Shown in pieces: positions 57,432 through 64,000 of a stretch of 64,000 bases of DNA; the first letter of the stretch is position 1, and each line of letters starts with the position of its first letter. The position numbers and the translations under genes were made by a program. The DNA comes from Blepharisma stoltei ATCC 30299 (lineage: Eukaryota; Protista; Ciliophora), in assembly GCA_965603825.1 (NCBI GenBank), contig CBFDEM010000030.1, forward strand, positions 372,001-436,000. The letters run 5' to 3'. The notes under the pieces were generated by a model. The model did no database searches, was not told the DNA's origin, and saw only the letters and a program-made list of their open reading frames with translations.

Positions 57432-60400
57432 TTAACTATCTCTTAAACTTTTCTTGATAGAATTTCTCAGCCATTTCAACGGCATATTATCTATTATTCC
57501 TGCATCTGCATCAAATATTTCACTTTTAAGCCCGTTTGCTTGCTTTAGTCCTCTTTGCAATGACGTTAATGCTAATCCAATTTTCGCCAGACTTTCCTTC
57601 GCAAATTTCGCACTCTTCTGTTTTTCAACCAGCTTATTTACCTCGCTTTTCAAATTTTTCGGAAATTCTTTGATCATCAGTTTCAGTGACTTCATTTCAT
57701 TCCTAATATTTTTGCATTTAGTGTGGATCCCTTTAACTGATTTTTTTATCACATTCATTTTTCCACTCCATTTTGAACTGTCTTCTTGCACTTCAGACTC
57801 CTTAATTGCACATTGATGAACGTAATAAGGGACATTCATTTCTCTATTCCAAATCATGATGCTTTCTACTTCCATGATTAACGCTGCGAACTCTTTTTGG
57901 TCATTTGCTTCTGAGTTTTCGCTAACTTTGTCATAAGTGTCGCCCATTATTGAAATAATGATGTTAAGCATGATTAAGGTAGTGAAAAAAGAAGCAAATA
58001 AATCTAAAAATGTAGAAAATCCTGACCATTCTGTATCAATATTGAACTCTCCATAGTTAAGAGTATAAGCCCTTAATAATGCGTCCTTTATAAACTCATT
58101 TAATTTAAGCACATAAAATACAATTCCAAATATAACAGTACAAGATAGCAGGACAATCAAAAATGGGCCAATATCCATATAAATCTGAATCAGCAGTCTT
58201 ATAAATCTGCGAGTAGGCTTGTAAGCTCGAAGATATCCAGCCCCTCTAATAAAAGATGTCATTAATGCAAATGGGAAAATATAAACTTTAGCATGCCATG
58301 TTTCATGTCCAACCCTAAAAAATAAATAAAGGTACAAAATGATGATTTTCGACAAGCCAACCAAATTTCATGGATCACCTATATAATATCTTCCAACATA
58401 CTTAATAAGCAAAATTTCTTTGATTGCATAAACACAATTAAAAGCAAGGAGAGCGTATGTAAAATTGGCCCCAGAGTCATCAGATATGCCATGTGCTATC
58501 ATTGTTGCGAAAAAGCCTATAAAAAGTATCCCTTCAATGATAATAAATGCTTTCGTTTTTCTCCATTTAAACTGTAGTAAAGATTTTATGAGCTCTGTTT
58601 TGAAGATTTCGTGGTTTTTACACATGACAATAGATTGTAAGAACAGGACACTTGACAATGCCCCTGGAATCGTAGGCAGCCTTATTAAAGACCTTGAGAA
58701 CGAAAGCTGCTGCTGTCTCCATTCCTGATCATTTTTAGCCTTTTCGTGTACAAACTTGCTATGGTCTATAAATTCTGAATAGCTTCATCTCACCTCAGGA
58801 TTTGACCCAACCATCACTCCAAATTCAGGCAATATTTTATCAGTGCAAGGAGTAAAGGCACTTTCATATAAAAAATGAAGATTCATTAAATTGGCATTAT
58901 TGAAATTTTTTAACAGCGGCTCTACATATCTGAAGATTTTCGGATTGTTTGGGGCTATATATTTTGGAAAGGAGCGCAATATGAGCTCTGTGCATTGTTT
59001 GCTTTGGAATAGCGAGATTTTTAAAGGGTCTTCTGCTACAATGCTTTTTATGAATTTTGCTCCAGATTTTAATGCTTGGCCAAGCATATTTGCGTTTTTT
59101 AAAAATGCAAGAAAATGAAGGATGCTAAACCGGTCTGGGAAAATTACGTAATCTGTGAACAAAGGGTCATATATATCAGTTTCTTTTAGCACAACTTTGC
59201 GAAGATAGCTCAAGAATAGGCCAGAATATTTCTCAGGTAAAATGCTTAAGGAGGAATTAACTGATAATGGGTTTGGCATTCTTATTAAAACTCCGCCACT
59301 GGATCCAACTAATATCTCTTTACAATCATCAATAAACGTTAAAGATGTAATTTTGAAGCCAGCCGAGATTTTTCCTAATAGCAGCTGATCTTTGATTGAC
59401 CACACTCCTATATATTTGTCAAGACTTCCAGTGATTAAAAATTCATTTTGATAAACAAGCATGCAAGTAATATCATCTTTGTGGGACTCCAAAGGCGGGC
59501 TATGCCTTTTAGCCCTTAGATCCCACAATAACAATGAATTATCAGCTCCTCCACTTACAGCAAAGAACTCGTTTTCAGTAAAAGATAAGCATAAAACCCT
59601 ATCATTATGCGTCTTTTTAATTGCAGTTAGCTCATTTCCTGTAATAATATTCCACACCTTTATTTCTAAATCTTGGCTTGCCGAAATCAATATCGATTTA
59701 TCATGTGTAAGACAAAGACAAGTAATTCCTAATGAATGACCTATCATTGCTCCCCGTTTTTTTGCTGTAGTGCTATCCCAAACGCATATGATTCCTTCAT
59801 TTCCTCCAGTTACAAAAGAATCATGTGCCTCAACAAAGCAATTAATTGCTGAACTGTGAGCATTGAGAACGAAACCAGATTTGAACTCTTTTCCAACTAA
59901 TTTTAGAGTCCTGAGTATACCGTTTTCAGATCCTATGCAAGGCTGATTTATATGCTTCAAAAAAATGGCTGCTGTGATTTCAGTCTCATCTGAATTAAAT
60001 TCAGCCTCAAGCTCCATAGTTTGAATTCTCCACATTTTTATTTCTTTATTGGTGAATGTATAAAAAAACTCGGATTTTGCGTCTTCAAAAATAGCTATAA
60101 TGCTTGACTCATGTGCTAATCTTTTGTTTTCTGCTAGAAATGATCTCCTGAGTGGCCAGATTTTAATACCATCAGATTTAGAGCTAGAAACAAGCATATC
60201 GTCATCAGAAGATATACAAATTTTATTGATATTGAATTCTTGGTCAGTTATAGGAATAGGCTGAGGTGCCATCATTTCTATATTTCATACAAATATTGCT
60301 CCTTCTGAGCTTGCAGATGCCAGAAAAGTATTATCACTAGTTAAAGCAAGATCAATAATAGGCCCATCATGTCCAGCAAGCGATAATGCTATAGCTTTTT

Positions 60401-61172
60401 CTCTTACGCTCCACACAAAAATATTCCTATCATCTCCTCCTGAAATTATATTTTTCGAGTCATTTGTAAAAATGACTGCATTAATTCCTAGTTCATGCCC
60501 TTCCATTGTCCAGCCGCGAGCTAAGGCCATGGTGCCCCAAACATGTACAAGTCTATCAGAACCTCCTGCAGCGATTCACTTATCATTTTTGCTTATATCA
60601 ACTGCCTTTACTGTCCCTTCCTCAACAATCACTGTTTTATCAATTTTAAAAGTCTTTGCATCCCAATAATGCACATTTGTATCTTCCCCTACAGACAAAA
60701 AAAACCTATCATCATGGTTTATAACTATATCATTTATCGAGCCTTGATGGCCGGATACTTCTTTGCTTGATATTGAAGGATTATCAAGCTCGAAAATTCT
60801 GACAGTTCCTAAAGAAGTCCCAACTATTACAGTTTCGCAGTCACTTGTAACGCAAATTGTAGTGATTATTATAGATTCAAGATTGAGGCTATCGTCTTGC
60901 GAGTGCTCATTTGGAGCCTCATCGGCTTTTGTATTCATTGCATATTCCTCATCTTTTTCTAGCTCAATAATTTGCACTCGACCTTGGTCTATTCCAGCAA
61001 GAATATGAGCATCATCTGAGGTTAAACAAAGAGAAGTTATTTGGGTGTTGAAGTGAAAATCTCGAGGCTCAATAAAGGAGTTAGATTTAAGGTCGCTAAT
61101 AAATGCTCTTAGTGGGACATGAAAAGTTTCCAAAAATCGCATACTTGTGTGGTGTGCTGCAGTAAAACTCAT
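57432..61172 (-). CDS. WD40-repeat TRP-like cation channel, about 1246 aa
   Basis: Five ORFs in one frame joined by TGA at 60576, 60285, 58785 and 58368. Numerous GH...WD repeats, then LLQFKW, DP(W)N and S6-like IMLNIIISIMGDTYDKV. Confidence 0.88.
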
Positions 61173-61206
61173 ATTTATTGGATTTATTTCATAATTAGAA
61201 AGATAA

Positions 61207-61413
61207 ATGGGAATTTTTGAGACTTTGAGGAAGAGAGTGTGGCAAGTGAGGATGATGAGATGGACAGGATATTGCCTTTTAGCGCACACAGGATATATAT
61301 GGTTCACTGATCTTGCTTTGATTAAAGCTTTTGAGCAAGAAGTATTAGAGGAGCACGCAGAACTGGAGAAAAAAGTTGAAAAAGAATACAATAGGATAAT
61401 AAGTGAGAAATAA
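61207..61413 (+). CDS. Small single-TM protein
   Basis: 68-aa ATG-TAA ORF with a basic N-terminus, one TM segment and a charged helix. Confidence 0.6.
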   Translation: MGIFETLRKRVWQVRMMRWTGYCLLAHTGYIWFTDLALIKAFEQEVLEEHAELEKKVEKEYNRIISEK

Positions 61414-61618
61414 TTTAATCTTTTGATAATGGGTTTTTTCTTTTAAAATTTAAGCTTTGATTGAGATTCAATTTAGACATTTTGCTAGGTTTATATAAAA
61501 TTCACATAAATAGAAAGTAAATTCTAAGCAAATGATATGAAGAAAAGGGAAACCTCAATAAGCTAGATATTATAAGTCTTCTTTCACAACTTTTAACTCT
61601 AGTTGCAATAAAGTTAAT

Positions 61619-63151
61619 ATGGCAGAACCTATGAGAAAACGAATTGCAGCAATTGCTGTCTTCCTTTTGTTTATATACGTTACTGATGAGCTTTTTAGTC
61701 CTCACAACAAAAGATTGAGGCACCCCACCACCAAACAAAACTCAGAAACACTTGAAACGTATAATGTTACAATTGAAGCACAAGAATATGAATCTGAAGC
61801 GTTAAAAAGGGATTATTTAGGGACATGACAGTCATTTTCAAATGGCAAAGCACTTGACTTATTTGATTCTGCAAAAGGGAGAGCGCTCTATAAACATTTT
61901 AAAGATAATTCAAACCATACCATAAATCGATTCATTATGTGTGATGGAATGTGAGAAAGCGATGACAAATATATGCTGATTACCAAGGGAGCGCAATTTA
62001 ATGAGAGTACACAAACAATTGTGAGCAATAATGGTATAATTATAATTCCTAGCAACTATAAAAATATTACTATATGTGAAGGAGCCAGCAAAATTGTATC
62101 AGAAAAAGACAAAAAAGAGAAATACAAGATGCAGATTTCGATGAAAAGCAATAATTGTACTTTAGACTTAAATTTTAAGCTAGAAGAACATACAAAGAAT
62201 GAACAATTGTCTGAGGCTTTACCGTATATTATTTTAGTATCAACAACAACGATAATGCTTATTGTAGTTTTTGCTAAGCATACTAAGGACTGTTTTGCAG
62301 AGAGTCATGCTAAGAAAACATCAATAGTCACTCTGGGTATGCAAGCAGCAATGGATTTCTTTATGTGTATTTGAAATATAAGGCTGACTTTTGATCACCC
62401 AAAATGTTTTGACTATTTTACCATAGCATCAATTTTGTCCTTTTCTCTATTTGTTATAATTCAAGGAAGACTGCTGCAATTTGTGTGGAGGGCTCAACAT
62501 ACAGAACTACTAGACATAAGCACAGAGACTTTTAGAAGAAATTATGCCATTTTTCAGTCCCGATTTCTTTTACTGGTTATGGTATCTGTCATTTTGTCAA
62601 CAATTTTTGAGTCTATGTTTTACGTCACAATTTTTATTTTCCACAGCTTTTTTATCCCTCAAATAATTCACAACGCAAGATATGGGTACAAAAACTCATT
62701 CAGGAAGTCTATGCTATACATAATCTTCATTTGTAGAACTTCTATTGTACTTTATGTGTTTGGCTGTCCAAAAAATTATTTTGTATATGAGCCGAAGCCA
62801 TTATATTGCATTTCACTTGTCACCCACCTTACGATCCAATTTTTGATTTTATTGAAACAAAGTTCATCAGGGACAAGATTTTTTATACCGAAAGCACTGA
62901 GACCAGCTGCATATAGCTACTATAAAACCCCTGAAGAAGAAAGAATCATTGAAGCCAATACAGACTGTATCATTTGTATGACACCTTTGAATTTGCAAGG
63001 CAAAGAAATGCATGACGTGGTCGATTTTACGAAAACTATGCATACACCTTGTAACCATATGTTTCATCAAGATTGTTTGACGAACTGGATGACGATAAAG
63101 ATGGAATGCCCTACATGTAGAGGAACGTTACCTCCATTAGATGAATGGTAA
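61619..63151 (+). CDS. Multi-pass transmembrane RING-H2 E3 ligase (Tul1/FLY1-like)
   Basis: TGA at 61826, 61952 and 62372. SFFIPQIIHN, YVFGCPKN, G.RFFIP, CIICM...TPCNHMFH..CL..WM..KMECPTCR. Confidence 0.9.
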
Positions 63152-63320
63152 TCAATATTTTAATACTTATTCTCATTTAGTACTATAAGATAATGTATAG
63201 CAAAAAATAAAGCTGACTTAAGATAATTAAATTTATAAGGATTTTGTCAGCAATTTTTCATGTGAATTATTTTCATTAAACTTTTAAAGATTTATTCAAC
63301 AGATATAATAAAAGAAAAGC

Positions 63321-64000
63321 ATGGATTTGCTCACAGAATTATTTAAAGATAGAATTATTGGCCCGTTCTTAAAGAAATTTCCGGAAAATGCTCAAATTGA
63401 TATGGTGAAAAAAGTTCTTATATTTGGAATACATTCATTTGACGTAATTTCAGCAGTTGGACTAACTGGGTGTATAGACACATTCAACGAAAATAAACAG
63501 AAGTCCATCGAAAGGACAAATTCAAGCAAATACGAGTATAAAGGCTCGAAGCAAACCTCAGTAATAATAGATGATACAGCCGCGGAGCCGAAAAACCCTA
63601 AGAAAACCGTTCAAAAAAATGCGAAATCGGCATCAACTCCAAAAGGGCAAAAAACCCCGCAATCTCAAACTACAACGGGAGCTGGAAAAAAGCAAACCTT
63701 TGAGCTAAGTGATTCGCAAAGAATTAGCTCACGAATAACCAAAAAAAAGCGAGAAAACTCCGAGCCTAAAGTTCCAGCTTCCTTCATAAAGTCCCAGCCT
63801 TCTTCAAAAAGAACACCTTCAGCGAGAGAAAAAATGGTTTCAAAGATTTCGAATATTTCATTGATACTGGATGATATTACTGATTTCCCTTACAAACCTT
63901 TTATTAATACCCCAGCAAACTGCTATTCAGCCTCAAATGCAAAGCGTAACGATTCATCCTCGCAACTTTCTAAAGATTACCGTCAACCAGTACAAAACGA
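63321..64000 (+). CDS. Hypothetical protein, 3' partial
   Basis: ATG 63321; frame appears open to the window end; Ser/Lys/Thr-rich. Confidence 0.65.
   Translation, partial: MDLLTELFKDRIIGPFLKKFPENAQIDMVKKVLIFGIHSFDVISAVGLTGCIDTFNENKQKSIERTNSSKYEYKGSKQTSVIIDDTAAEPKNPKKTVQKNAKSASTPKGQKTPQSQTTTGAGKKQTFELSDSQRISSRITKKKRENSEPKVPASFIKSQPSSKRTPSAREKMVSKISNISLILDDITDFPYKPFINTPANCYSASNAKRNDSSSQLSKDYRQPVQN

Noticed and set aside
918-63151. Other in-frame TGAs as selenocysteine
   Set aside because: None that I examined lies in a Cys-type redox motif, many align to conserved Trp, and I saw no SECIS-like hairpin after those genes (not exhaustively scanned).
1-64000. Telomeric repeats, IES or transposon remnants, CRISPR arrays, rRNA
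   Set aside because: None seen. The window looks like continuous somatic gene-dense sequence.

Overview
Gene-dense, AT-rich eukaryotic DNA that reads as a heterotrich ciliate macronuclear genome, most consistent with Blepharisma. The window uses a non-standard code: more than 60 in-frame TGA codons fall in otherwise open genes, many at invariant Trp positions. Every complete gene I reconstructed ends in TAA or TAG. Introns are only 15-16 nt (GT...A-nnn-AG). The supplied ORF track therefore fragments or misses many genes. With UGA=Trp and the tiny introns spliced out, I reconstruct about 40 protein genes and one tRNA-Gln(CUG). They include a MAPKK, a gelsolin-domain MAPK phosphatase, PIG-M, a TH1-AGC kinase, midasin, SF3A3, COMMD7, frataxin, three tandem purple acid phosphatases, an MDR-MORN fusion and a WD40-TRP channel. 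The standout is an unannotated 86-aa SelW/Rdx-type gene (27091-27351). Its single TGA sits in a CxxU motif and is followed by a SECIS-like hairpin, so UGA appears to mean both Trp and selenocysteine in the same genome. All coordinates were read by eye and family assignments come from motif recognition, not database searches.
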